Notes: a model not told the origin generated them from the letters alone. Shown: positions 27,881 through 37,377, counted from the first letter of the stretch. The stretch is 55,198 nucleotides of DNA from Candidatus Enterousia sp. (GCA_045648885.1 JAZROV010000012.1:1-55198); one strand, 5' to 3'. Made by a program: numbers and translations.

Positions 27881-29101
27881 ATGAGACAAACAAAAATAGT
27901 TTTAACCAGTATGTTGGCATTGGTAATCGCCACGCCGGCGATGGCAGGGGTTGGTGATGTAATCACAACCGGTGCATCATGTACAATCGGCGATTTGGGT
28001 GTATCCAGCGGCACGGCAAATGCAACCGCGCAATTCAGCGTAAATTCATATAACTGCGCCGCTGGAACATACCTGCCCGCAGGCAGCAGTTGGTCAACAG
28101 ACAATCAGTATACCCCGTATGAAGACGGTGACGACCCAATACAGTGTATGCAGTGTCCCGCGAACAGTTATTGCGAAGGCGATACATTCTCTTATAACGC
28201 ATCCAACGCCCAGGGCGCAGTAACCTGTGCAAGCGAATGGGGCGATGCTTATCCATATTCAGACGCGGGTTCCGACAATGCGGACGCATGTTATTTCGTT
28301 GCACCATGTCCAACAATCAGTGCAGCCACAGCATGTGACCCCCATGCCGCAACATGTGCATACACAAATGATGCAATAACAACAAATGGCCGTATATATG
28401 CCGAGGGTGAATCTGGTCCCAACATGCCAAAATGTAGTTTAGATTTCACATGCGCGACAGGATATACGAAATCGACAACACAAAGCGCCCCAACATTACC
28501 CAGCACAAACGGTAACAGTTATGAATATCATTCACATGATAATAATTATATCAGTACGAATGGTTCGTCATTAAGCGCTGGTGAATGGACGGTAAATTGG
28601 ACATCTGGCACGGCAGGGACGATAAAAGGTATAGCGAGTTGTAATACAGTTCCCGGTAATAATGACGAATGGACATGGGCGAACGGCAGCACATTACCAG
28701 CGAACAGCAATTTAGCTAGCACGGAAACAACAGGTCGTTATTGTTGGTGTAAACCAACATCTTGGACACCATCTGGTGGGTCTGAACAGTTGTTGTCTGC
28801 TGCGTGGGTGTTCCGCAGCGACTACGGGGGCGCGTCGAATTGCGCGTACTACTGTGCGTCCGACTGCGCGTACTACGTGAGCAACCGTGCGGACTTCCGC
28901 TCTGCGCTGTTCGGGGTCGTTGGCGCGTCGTCACAATGTGTGGCCAATACCATCGACATCAACTGGAATAACGAAAACGGGACAGTGTTCGAGACCGGAC
29001 AATGTACGTATGATGAATCATTGGCCACACCGAACAGCCATCCAGATAAACGTGGATACACGTTTACCGGATGGATGTTCAGCAATCCGTCAAATCAATA
29101 G
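27881..29101 (+). CDS. Secreted Cys-rich repeat protein with C-terminal Listeria-Bacteroides-type repeat (putative surface protein/adhesin)
   Basis: RBS AAAGGAG and a signal peptide (..ATPAMAG). Cys-rich C..C..G.Y modules are present (CAAGTYLPAGSS..CMQCPANSYCEG). The C-terminus reads CTYDESLATPNSHPDKRGYTFTGW. The 3' half is visibly more GC-rich than neighbouring genes. Confidence 0.7.
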   Translation: MRQTKIVLTSMLALVIATPAMAGVGDVITTGASCTIGDLGVSSGTANATAQFSVNSYNCAAGTYLPAGSSWSTDNQYTPYEDGDDPIQCMQCPANSYCEGDTFSYNASNAQGAVTCASEWGDAYPYSDAGSDNADACYFVAPCPTISAATACDPHAATCAYTNDAITTNGRIYAEGESGPNMPKCSLDFTCATGYTKSTTQSAPTLPSTNGNSYEYHSHDNNYISTNGSSLSAGEWTVNWTSGTAGTIKGIASCNTVPGNNDEWTWANGSTLPANSNLASTETTGRYCWCKPTSWTPSGGSEQLLSAAWVFRSDYGGASNCAYYCASDCAYYVSNRADFRSALFGVVGASSQCVANTIDINWNNENGTVFETGQCTYDESLATPNSHPDKRGYTFTGWMFSNPSNQ

Positions 29102-29640
29102 GCGATCGGGCCGAAAACGCGACGGGCGTGGGCCGAACGGACGAAGCGGCGAACTGCCGCAGTGCGGTAACGCGTAATGCGCCCCCCACCGCTGTGCGGT
29201 GGGGGGGACGAACCCCGCCACTTTTGTGGCGGGGTTTTGTTTTAACCCCCCACGCCACTGACGTGGCCCTCTCCCCCTGTGGGGGAGAATAACGGGCATT
29301 GCCCCCAGCCCCGAATTCCGCCCCACGGGGGCGGGGGACCGCTTGCGGTGGTGGGGGTGACCCCCCACGGCGCGGCGCGCCACTCCCCCTGTGGGGGGGG
29401 AATCTTTGGACTCGTCGCGGAATAAATAAACCCCGCCCTTGCGGCGGGGTCGCAGAGAACCATTGGTTCGATGCGGGGGCGGGTAAAAATATATTTTTCT
29501 TGATTATTTATTTGTCTGAGATTTTTTTTCTGACCCGCCCCCGACTCGATTTGCGCTGGCGCTTTATCTCGTCGGCCCCTCCGCAGGGGTGGGGCATACC
29601 CCCCTCCCCCACGGGGAGATTTTTTATCATCAATGCAAAA
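29102..29640. repeat. GC-rich repeat island C (composite)
   Basis: Unit copies lie at 29271-29358 and, in part, 29359-29400. Segment 29399-29615 recurs inverted at about 54958-54763. It includes a long hairpin GGGGGCGGGT-(~50 nt AT-rich)-ACCCGCCCCC. Confidence 0.85.
29211..29244 (+). terminator. Rho-independent terminator of 27881..29101
   Basis: AACCCCGCCAC-tttt-GTGGCGGGGTT followed by TTTGTTTT. Confidence 0.7.
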
Positions 29641-29644
29641 AATT

Positions 29645-30391
29645 TTACCGTAAATAAAATGTTATCGTTGACACTACGCGGACACGTTTGTTTATCGATT
29701 GTTTTTCATTATCGGACCATGCGTCAACCTGGTCACGGGCAGTAATACTGAACACGCCCTGGTTCGCAGATTGAATTTTGCCTAATTTTGCGTTTGCGTC
29801 TTTGGCAAATTGTTCGCCTGCGGCAGTGGCGTTTTTAGTCGCCGCCTCTATCATTTGTATTTTGATATCGTTCAGACCATTAAAGACATAAATCGGGCCG
29901 GCATAATCTTCAGTCACAGTCACACCCTGGCGCACTAAATCGCCCATTTTCCGCGATACAGAATCAACCAGATTCACAGAGTTAGAACGCACCATTACCC
30001 CCGTTTCGATGACATAGCGGTCGTTGGAATCTTCGCCCTGACGCTGGGCATCGGAATATCCTGCGAATTTATCGCGCACTGTGATACGCAGATTTTGAAT
30101 TTCGCCGTCATTAAACCCATTTTCAGTCAAAAATGTGCGTACTTTTTGGATATCGCCATCAATCGCAGATTGAACCCGCGTCAAATCGCCACCAACACGA
30201 TTGAATTTTATGTTCCAAATCGCAGTGTCTGCAACAACGTCTAATTCCGCCAAACCCTTTACTGTGACAGTGCGTCGCGCCATGGACCTGTAAATTCCGT
30301 TTCCAATGAAAAAGCCCCCCAGTGCAACACCAAATGCCAAAATCATCACCCAAATTGTCGGTCTGTTTTTGATTTTTTCAGATATTTTCAT
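29645..30391 (-). CDS. SIMPL-domain (DUF541/YggE-like) protein
   Basis: RBS GGAAGGAG lies upstream of ATG 30391. N-terminal TM helix, then TVTVKGLAELDVVADTAIWNIKF and ..RVVSTITFYL, as is typical of SIMPL. Confidence 0.7.
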   Translation of the reverse strand: MKISEKIKNRPTIWVMILAFGVALGGFFIGNGIYRSMARRTVTVKGLAELDVVADTAIWNIKFNRVGGDLTRVQSAIDGDIQKVRTFLTENGFNDGEIQNLRITVRDKFAGYSDAQRQGEDSNDRYVIETGVMVRSNSVNLVDSVSRKMGDLVRQGVTVTEDYAGPIYVFNGLNDIKIQMIEAATKNATAAGEQFAKDANAKLGKIQSANQGVFSITARDQVDAWSDNEKQSINKRVRVVSTITFYLR

Positions 30392-30499
30392 AAAAAACTC
30401 CTTCCGTTGATGCACCAATTATAATCAACAAAAATTTTTTATTCAAGATGTAAAAAGGCTTTATTTTATCTTTTCAAAACGTTTCAGATTGAATTTTTT

Positions 30500-30619
30500 C
30501 TAATTCAAAATTCCAATTGTATCAAATCCCAATTCTTTGGCATGCATCACCATTTCAGCAACAGTATTTTTACCGTCAAATCCAATTGTGTGCGTATGCA
30601 AAGTAAATTTCTGATTCAT
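30500..30619 (-). pseudogene. 39-codon remnant of a PHP-domain phosphoesterase (N-terminal motif only)
   Basis: It translates to MNQKFTLHTHTIGFDGKNTVAEMVMHAKELGFDTIGILN followed by a stop. H.H....DG......A...G...IG is the PHP N-terminal motif, and the rest of the domain is absent. Confidence 0.5.
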
Positions 30620-30792
30620 TTTCACCAGTTTGAACCGTCATTTTTATCGAACAATCGCTAGATATTTAATTGCGAAAGGCAAAACGCCCCAAGTTTGTTT
30701 TTTGTCCGTCCAGCATTTTGCAAATCGTCCAAATATCCACATTGATTTTTGATAAGATATTCCAACTCGTGTATCATCACTAAATCGTTTTT

Positions 30793-31239
30793 TCATCTGG
30801 TATGCATGGACACTGTTCTTGGTTCTTTCGCCATAATTGCAGCACTTATAACCTTTGTTTGAAAATAGGCGTTACGACAAACGAGTTCTGCACATTCATA
30901 TACAAACAAATTCATATACGAACTAACCATTTTATATCTACGGCAGAAAATCCATGTATCTGGTGCTGCATCTTTACCTGTTATTTTTGCACGACACCAT
31001 ATATTTGACCCGATTTCTCCGGATGGTATTCCTGATTTTCCGTAATCACCATCGGTATCAAAAGCACCTATATGTAATTCCGCGATCTCTGAATTGGATT
31101 CTTGTATCTCACTAAAAAAGGATTTGATATCGTTAATATATTCTATATTTGCACCCTGATATGCAGTTGCAGGTTTGCTACCCAAAAAAATACCGTTTGA
31201 TTTTATGGTGATGTATTTAGTATTTGGAATATCTGTCAT
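30793..31239 (-). CDS. Hypothetical protein
   Basis: 148-aa ORF with no recognisable motif, in a tRNA-adjacent region of low coding density. Confidence 0.4.
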   Translation of the reverse strand: MTDIPNTKYITIKSNGIFLGSKPATAYQGANIEYINDIKSFFSEIQESNSEIAELHIGAFDTDGDYGKSGIPSGEIGSNIWCRAKITGKDAAPDTWIFCRRYKMVSSYMNLFVYECAELVCRNAYFQTKVISAAIMAKEPRTVSMHTR

Positions 31240-31665
31240 TTTTTGCCTTTGATGTTTAATATGAATTCATAAATAGCAAAATTTGTTTGATTTTCAATAA
31301 AAATAATCAATCAACACATTTTTTGATTTTGCAAAATGAAAAGAGAATAGTTCTGGAACAAAAAATTATAAAATTCATAGATAAAAAACATTCAAAATTT
31401 GATTGAAATGTCATATGGATTGACGGAATAAAATACTGCGTGTCAAGGCCCCTAATCGCGGCTTTGCCATCGGCAAAAACGGATGAGGCGGGCCTGTCAC
31501 ACGAAGTTTTAACGAAGTGTGGCGACCAGATTGTATATTCCCACTTCACTTCGTTCGTGGGCCCCTTTCCAAATCGCAACGGTTCGAACTTCGCCCTGCT
31601 CGTTCTCTCCTGCTTTTTTGTCGAACTGGCCAGTTCGAATCCGAGACATCATGTCTCGATTAAAT

Positions 31666-31691
31666 TAAAAAATGCCCATTCGGGCATTTTT
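31666..31691 (-). terminator. Terminator of the tRNA-Ala/tRNA-His unit (bidirectional hairpin)
   Basis: ATGCCC-attc-GGGCAT flanked by an A-run and a T-run, 9 nt downstream of the tRNA-His 3' end. Confidence 0.7.
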
Positions 31692-31699
31692 GAATTTAA

Positions 31700-31777
31700 T
31701 GGGGCGGGCGACCAGATTCGAACTGGCGACATTCGGTACCACAAACCGACGCTCTAACCAACTGAGCTACGCCCGCC
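31700..31777 (-). tRNA. tRNA-His (GTG) with encoded G-1 and CCA
   Basis: Cloverleaf read by hand. G-1 plus acceptor GCGGGCG/CGCCCGC, D arm GCTC..GAGC, anticodon stem TCGGT/ACCGA, loop TTGTGGT, T arm GCCAG-TTCGAAT-CTGGT, C73 and CCA. Confidence 0.95.
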
Positions 31778-31822
31778 AAACTGTTTTTTACTGTGCGCCA
31801 CGCGCGCAGTAACGAAAATTAA

Positions 31823-31898
31823 TGGTGGAGCTGATCAGACTCGAACTGACGACCCCTTGCATGCCATGCAAGTGCTCTACCAACTGAGCTACAACCCC
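31823..31898 (-). tRNA. tRNA-Ala (GGC) with encoded CCA
   Basis: Acceptor GGGGTTG/CAGCTCC with G3:U70, anticodon stem CTTGC/GCAAG, loop ATGGCAT, T loop TTCGAGT and CCA. Confidence 0.95.
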
Positions 31899-31990
31899 AT
31901 AGTGCGAAAGTTATTTTATATTTCTTCTTGCAAAAAGTCAAATCTTTTTGCTAATCTTTTCACAAAGGTATTACCCAAGGAGTATTTATT

Positions 31991-32551
31991 ATGGATTATT
32001 CAAGCCTGAAAACCGAAGTCGAACAAAAAACCGCTCAAACACTGGAAGTCTTGCAGAATGAATTCGCAGGTTTGCGGACTGGGCGCGCGTCTGTGCATTT
32101 GCTGGACGGGGTCAAAGTGCCTGTGTATGGTGCTGAAATGCCGTTGAACCAGGTGGCAACTGTCGCTACGCCTGACACACAAACATTATCCGTGACGGTA
32201 TGGGATATAAACAACGCGGCCGCTGTTGAAAAAGCGATTCGTGATTCTGGGCTGGGGTTAAATCCGATGACTGCAGGTGGTGTTATTCGTCTGAATTTGC
32301 CACCGTTGACCGAAGAACGTCGCCGTGAATTGACCAAAGTCGCCGGAAAATACGCAGAAGAAGCAAAAATTTCTATGCGCAACATTCGTCAAGATGCAAT
32401 GTCGAAAATTAAACGCGCAGTCACAGACAAAGAAATTTCTGAAGACGACCAACGCAAATACGAAGAAGACTTGCAGAAAGTGTTCGATGGTCGCGCCAGC
32501 GAAGTTGACGCAATGGCAAAACAAAAAGAAGCCGACATTATGTCTGTTTAA
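31991..32551 (+). CDS. frr: Ribosome recycling factor
   Basis: 186 aa with typical Frr sequence (LRTGRASV.LLD.V.V.YG...PLNQVA...P....L.V..WD). Confidence 0.95.
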   Translation: MDYSSLKTEVEQKTAQTLEVLQNEFAGLRTGRASVHLLDGVKVPVYGAEMPLNQVATVATPDTQTLSVTVWDINNAAAVEKAIRDSGLGLNPMTAGGVIRLNLPPLTEERRRELTKVAGKYAEEAKISMRNIRQDAMSKIKRAVTDKEISEDDQRKYEEDLQKVFDGRASEVDAMAKQKEADIMSV

Positions 32552-32573
32552 CTTTTCGCCGGGGGGATACAAA

Positions 32574-33332
32574 ATGTTAAATATTTTTAAGAAAAAAACA
32601 AACAAAACACCGACCACGATTAAAATTCCTAAACACATTGCTTTCATTTGTGACGGCAATCGCAGATGGGCTGAACATCGCGGTCTGCCACCATTGATGG
32701 GCCATCGCGCAGGTATTTCAAATTTCGAAAATTTGGTTGATTGGTTTATCGCACGTGGCGTGACAACAATTACTTTCTTTATTTTTTCCACGGAAAATTG
32801 GAATCGTTCAGATGAAGAAGTCAATTTCTTGATGGATTTATTCTACAGCGAATTAAGCAAAAATATGAAACACGCAGTTGAAAAAAATTTGCGTTATCGT
32901 GTGATTGGTTCACGTGAAAGATTGCCTAAAAAATTGGCTGATTTGTGCGATAAATTGGAAGAAGTATCTGCTGAAAATACTAATGGAACGGTTGTGTTTG
33001 CGCTGAATTACGGCGGCCAAGATGAAATTGTTCGCGCAGTGAATGCAGCAATTGAAAACGGAAAACCGGTTGACAAAGAAACTTTCGAAACATTTATGGA
33101 CACTGGCGATTTGTTGCCAATCGATTTAATGGTTCGAACCAGTAATGAAAACAGAATTTCTAATTTCTTGCTTTGGAAATTGGCGTATGCTGAATTGTTA
33201 TTTGTCCCTGAACATTGGCCTGATTTGGTAAAATCTGAAAAATTGTGGCAACGTGTTTTGGACGAATATACTAAACGTGATCGTCGTTTTGGTGGTGGGA
33301 AAAAGAAAAATTATTCAGGAAAACAAAAATGA
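32574..33332 (+). CDS. uppS: Undecaprenyl diphosphate synthase
   Basis: HIAFICDGNRRWA, FSTENWNRS and RTSNENRISNFLLWKLAYAEL motifs. The start is set at ATG 32574 (MLNIFKKK), not the frr-overlapping track start. Confidence 0.93.
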   Translation: MLNIFKKKTNKTPTTIKIPKHIAFICDGNRRWAEHRGLPPLMGHRAGISNFENLVDWFIARGVTTITFFIFSTENWNRSDEEVNFLMDLFYSELSKNMKHAVEKNLRYRVIGSRERLPKKLADLCDKLEEVSAENTNGTVVFALNYGGQDEIVRAVNAAIENGKPVDKETFETFMDTGDLLPIDLMVRTSNENRISNFLLWKLAYAELLFVPEHWPDLVKSEKLWQRVLDEYTKRDRRFGGGKKKNYSGKQK

Positions 33333-33985
33333 AATTATCTGAAACAATGTTAAGGTTTATCAGCGGTGGCGCGATGTTGTTGGCGCTGGTTGTGGCTGTT
33401 TATCTGGAACGCGCAATGCCGTCGTTGCACATAATTCGGTGGTTGACGATGGCTGTTGTCGTTGGTGCAATTGTCGAAGTAATAAGATGTTTTACAAAAA
33501 CAACAGTGGAAAATTTTCAAAAAAATTCGGTTGTTTTCTTGCTGTTTTTGGCGCTTTTGTTGGTGATGTTGCGCGCTGGTTATACTGTCGGTGCGCGCCC
33601 ACTGATTATGTTATGGCTGTTGATGATTATCGTGGGGGCTGATGTTGGTGGCTGGTTATTCGGCATCATTTTTGGTGGCGATAAAATGTGGGAAAAGATA
33701 TCTGCACATAAAACATGGGCCGGGCAAATTGGCGGAATTATTTGTGGCACAGCGATGTCTTTGATTTACGGAATGATGATGGCGCGCAATTTTATGCCTG
33801 AATTGGTGTGGGTCGGCATCAGTGTTTCATTGCTGTCCCAATATGGAGATTTGACCGCCAGTTTTATCAAAAGACGTTTAAACATCAAAGATTTCAGCAA
33901 CCTGTTGCCGGGACACGGTGGAATTTTGGACCGTTTTGATGGTTGGATTTACGTGTTGCCGCTGATTTGGTTCATGATAAAATAA
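33329..33985 (+). CDS. cdsA: Phosphatidate cytidylyltransferase
   Basis: Multi-TM protein with the C-terminal CdsA signature SFIKRRLNIKDFSNLLPGHGGILDRFDG. Confidence 0.9.
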   Translation: MKLSETMLRFISGGAMLLALVVAVYLERAMPSLHIIRWLTMAVVVGAIVEVIRCFTKTTVENFQKNSVVFLLFLALLLVMLRAGYTVGARPLIMLWLLMIIVGADVGGWLFGIIFGGDKMWEKISAHKTWAGQIGGIICGTAMSLIYGMMMARNFMPELVWVGISVSLLSQYGDLTASFIKRRLNIKDFSNLLPGHGGILDRFDGWIYVLPLIWFMIK

Positions 33986-34006
33986 ACAAAAGAGAGAAAA
34001 AACATC

Positions 34007-35065
34007 ATGCATACTTTTTTGACCGTTATTGCATTATTGATTGTTCTGGGGGTTGTGGTTTTTGTTCATGAATTTGGACATTTTATCGCTGCACGCTGGG
34101 CCGGTGTTCGTGTTGACGCTTTTTCAATTGGGTTTGGCCCTGCACTTTTAAAATGGACAGATAAACACGGAACGGTTTGGAAATTATGCGGATTACCGTT
34201 GGGCGGTTATGTTTCTATTTACGGCCAAGAAGACATGTTCAACCGTAAAAAATACCAGCGTTTACCAAAAGATAAAAAAATCGGACATTATTTATCAGTG
34301 CCTGCATGGAAACAATTTATAATTATCGGCGCTGGGGTTTTTATGAATTTTATGTTGGCGTGGGTCATATATTCTGCAGATTTTATGTTCCGTCCGCGCA
34401 CGGTTCAATTACCTGTGGTTGGCCAGGTTGTTCGCGACAGCGTCGCTTTTAAGGCAGGTATAAAACCTGGGGACGTCATTATAAAAATAGACAAATCAAA
34501 TGTGAATAATTGGGGCGAATTGATTATAGCAAAAGAAATCGCAGGTGAAAACAACGCGATGGTTTTATTGGCACGCCGTGATAAATTGATTCGCGTATCG
34601 TTGGCACCGGCAGAAAGATGGGGACTGATTGCAGACGGCAGCAAGACTGAATTTCGCAAATTGGGCTTTTTCGGGGCGTGTTATTCAGGGCTGCGCGAAA
34701 CATATTACCAATCTAAAAATTTATTGATTGTGTTAAAACAGATTATAACCGGCGAACGATCTTCGAAACAATTGGGCTCTTTCATCACGATTGCCCAGGT
34801 GTCTGGTCATGCGTTGGAAGCGGGCTTTTTGGTGTTTTTATCAATAATCGCGTTGATTTCTGTCAATCTGGGGGTTATCAATTTGTTGCCCCTGCCGGTG
34901 TTAGACGGCGGATATTTGCTGATTTTAATAATTGAAGCAATAACCCGTCGTAAATTAGGTGGCAAAGCCATGGAAACCACTATTTTATGCGGATGGGTAT
35001 TGATTGGCGCGCTGTTTATATTTACTATGTGGAACGATATATCGCGAGTGTTCGGGTTGAATTAA
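34007..35065 (+). CDS. rseP: Site-2 protease RseP (M50 zinc metalloprotease)
   Basis: HEFGHF (HExxH) in TM1, a single PDZ (GIKPGDVIIKID) and the C-terminal NLLPLPVLDGG motif. Confidence 0.92.
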   Translation: MHTFLTVIALLIVLGVVVFVHEFGHFIAARWAGVRVDAFSIGFGPALLKWTDKHGTVWKLCGLPLGGYVSIYGQEDMFNRKKYQRLPKDKKIGHYLSVPAWKQFIIIGAGVFMNFMLAWVIYSADFMFRPRTVQLPVVGQVVRDSVAFKAGIKPGDVIIKIDKSNVNNWGELIIAKEIAGENNAMVLLARRDKLIRVSLAPAERWGLIADGSKTEFRKLGFFGACYSGLRETYYQSKNLLIVLKQIITGERSSKQLGSFITIAQVSGHALEAGFLVFLSIIALISVNLGVINLLPLPVLDGGYLLILIIEAITRRKLGGKAMETTILCGWVLIGALFIFTMWNDISRVFGLN

Positions 35066-35069
35066 AAAT

Positions 35070-37337
35070 ATGAAACGAAAGATTTTATTTTTTGTATCGG
35101 CATTTTTTGTTTGCAGTTTTGCAAATGCAACCATTGTTTCGCGTATTGATGTGAACGGCAATCAGCGCATGGACGGGGAATCTGTACGAATTTTGTCTGA
35201 TGTTCGCGTTGGCGATAATATAGGCGGCGAAAAAATCAATACCATCGCAAAAAAACTGCAATCCAGCGGATATTTTTCATCTGTGGATGTAAAAATGGAC
35301 GGCGATGTTTTGAAAATCAAATTGGTTGAATCGCCAATTATCAACATGGTGACAATCGAAGGCAACGACGAAATCGACACTGATGATTTAAAGAAAGAAA
35401 TTCGCACCAAAGAGCGCGCTGCATATGACGTATCGACAATCGGTTCAGATGTCCAACGGATGTTGACTCTTTACCAGCGCAAAGGATTTTTTGGAACAAA
35501 AATCAACCCCAAAAGAATTGATTTGGATAACAATCGTGTAAATGTTGTCTATGAAATTTCTGAGGGTCATCCGACATACATTCGCAACATAGATTTTGAA
35601 AACAATAAAAAATTCCGGTCCAGCAAATTACGCAAAGAAATTTTATCGCGCGAACATGCATGGTGGCGTTTTATGACACAATTTGATGTCTATGACGAAG
35701 ATCGAATTCAATATGACCAACAATTATTACATCAATTTTATATGCGAAACGGTTTCTTGGACTTTCGCGTCACAGATACCCAGGGCGAATTTACGCCTGA
35801 TCGGCAATATTATTCTGTAAAATTTACTGTTGATGAAGGCAACCAATACAAAATCGGCGATGTTTTCATAGATAACCCATTTGACGATGTTCCAGACAAA
35901 GAATTGTATGATGCGTTGACTATATCCAAGAAAGATGTTTATAACATTGATGAAATTGACGCGACCGTAAATGCGTTGCGTGGTGTTGTGGCAGATCATG
36001 GCTATGCGTTTATAAATGTCGAACCAATTCCGACTAAACACGACGATACGCGCATTGTAGATATGAAATTCCAAATAAAAAAGACAAATCGTATATATAT
36101 AAATTCTATCAATTTATTAGGAAATGTCCGGACATTTGACAATGTTATTCAACATCATATGCCTATGCGTGAAGGCGACCCGTTTTCACTGCAGACAATT
36201 GAAACTGCGCGTCAGAATTTAATGCGCACGCGTTATTTCAAAGACGTTCAAATGGTTCCAACACGTCTGGCCGATGCAAATATGATGAATTTAGATGTCA
36301 AAGTCGAAGAACAACCAACTGGTGAATTATCTGGTGGTTTTGGTTGGTCGTCTATCAATGGTTTTATGGTTGATGCAGGTATTACTGAAAATAATTTTAT
36401 GGGTCGTGGTCAAACTGTCCAAATTCGTGGTTCAATCGCACAATATCAAAGACAGGCACTTTTCAGTTTCACCGAACCGTTCTTATTCAATCGTGAATTA
36501 TCAGGCGGTTTTGATATATCGTACACTCAATATAAATATTCGCAATTGGGTGGATATGGGTACGATCGTGATTCTTTTGCAATCTCGGGTCGTTTGGGGT
36601 GGCGTTTAACCGACCATTGGACACAAACAATGCGGTTATCTGCTACGTTCGACCAGAACTATGATTTGAATTTGGGGGGGTGGCAGAAAGCAAACCTTTA
36701 CGCGTTGGGAACAAATTTGCGCTATTATAATTTGAATACGAATTTTCAACAAAACACTCATACCGGAATTGTCGGAGATTTAGGCATCACATATACCGGT
36801 TTTGGTGGAACCAGCACATTTATGCGATACAGTGCGGACATTACCGCGATGGTTAAATTCTTGGATGACAGATGGCAATTACGGACTTCGTGGGATTTGG
36901 GATATCTGCAATCACTGGACAGCGATAATTATATTCCACGTGTTTATCGTTATTTCTTGGGTGGGGAAACTTTGCGTGGATTTGATATCGCCGGCATAGG
37001 TTCGCGCAATTGGTATTACAGAAGTTATTCTTTGGGTGGTTTATGGAAAGCAAACGGTTCAACTCAATTAAATTTCCCGATATTTATTCCTGATGAATAC
37101 CAAGTCAAAGGTTTCGTTTTCGCAGACTATGGAATTTTGGGTCGCCCCCCAAAACGCGAATATGAATACCAGGGTCGCCCGAACATAATCGACCAAGATT
37201 GGCGCACATCCGTTGGTTTTGGTATATATTGGAACACCCCAATGGGACCTATGAATTTTTCATGGGGCTGGCCAATGAAGATAAATGAATACGACCAAGA
37301 AAGACGATTCTTGCTTTCATTTGAAACGCAATTTTAA
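35070..37337 (+). CDS. bamA: Outer membrane protein assembly factor BamA
   Basis: 755 aa with a signal peptide, POTRA repeats (I..I.V.GN), a C-terminal Omp85 barrel and a terminal ..LLSFETQF. It follows rseP as usual. Confidence 0.93.
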   Translation: MKRKILFFVSAFFVCSFANATIVSRIDVNGNQRMDGESVRILSDVRVGDNIGGEKINTIAKKLQSSGYFSSVDVKMDGDVLKIKLVESPIINMVTIEGNDEIDTDDLKKEIRTKERAAYDVSTIGSDVQRMLTLYQRKGFFGTKINPKRIDLDNNRVNVVYEISEGHPTYIRNIDFENNKKFRSSKLRKEILSREHAWWRFMTQFDVYDEDRIQYDQQLLHQFYMRNGFLDFRVTDTQGEFTPDRQYYSVKFTVDEGNQYKIGDVFIDNPFDDVPDKELYDALTISKKDVYNIDEIDATVNALRGVVADHGYAFINVEPIPTKHDDTRIVDMKFQIKKTNRIYINSINLLGNVRTFDNVIQHHMPMREGDPFSLQTIETARQNLMRTRYFKDVQMVPTRLADANMMNLDVKVEEQPTGELSGGFGWSSINGFMVDAGITENNFMGRGQTVQIRGSIAQYQRQALFSFTEPFLFNRELSGGFDISYTQYKYSQLGGYGYDRDSFAISGRLGWRLTDHWTQTMRLSATFDQNYDLNLGGWQKANLYALGTNLRYYNLNTNFQQNTHTGIVGDLGITYTGFGGTSTFMRYSADITAMVKFLDDRWQLRTSWDLGYLQSLDSDNYIPRVYRYFLGGETLRGFDIAGIGSRNWYYRSYSLGGLWKANGSTQLNFPIFIPDEYQVKGFVFADYGILGRPPKREYEYQGRPNIIDQDWRTSVGFGIYWNTPMGPMNFSWGWPMKINEYDQERRFLLSFETQF

Positions 37338-37347
37338 TTGTTTTGTC

Positions 37348-37377
37348 TTGACGGGGGGGATGTTATTTTTTTATACT
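37348..37377 (+). promoter_or_regulatory. Putative sigma-70 promoter of the lipoprotein/VirB8-like operon
   Basis: TTGACG (37348-53), 18-nt spacer, TATACT (37372-77), upstream of RBS TAAGGAG. Confidence 0.4.

Noticed and set aside
31521-31532. 12-nt identity (GGCGACCAGATT) to the 3' part of tRNA-His as an attachment-site duplicate marking an integrated island.
   Set aside because: It is too short to be significant by itself. No integrase or second boundary was identified. It is mentioned only as a weak hint within the decayed-region finding.
31440-31757. 105-aa ORF, and alternatively a two-piece tmRNA, SRP RNA or RNase P RNA, in the hairpin-rich stretch next to tRNA-His.
   Set aside because: The ORF runs through the tRNA-His gene on the opposite strand and has a GTG start without an RBS. 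I could not find a T-arm/acceptor ending in CCA, an Ala-type tag reading frame, the SRP GGAA/AGCA motif or the RNase P GAGGAAAGUCC box. The terminator at 31666-31691 is best explained as the tRNA operon terminator. The region is left as unexplained structured DNA.
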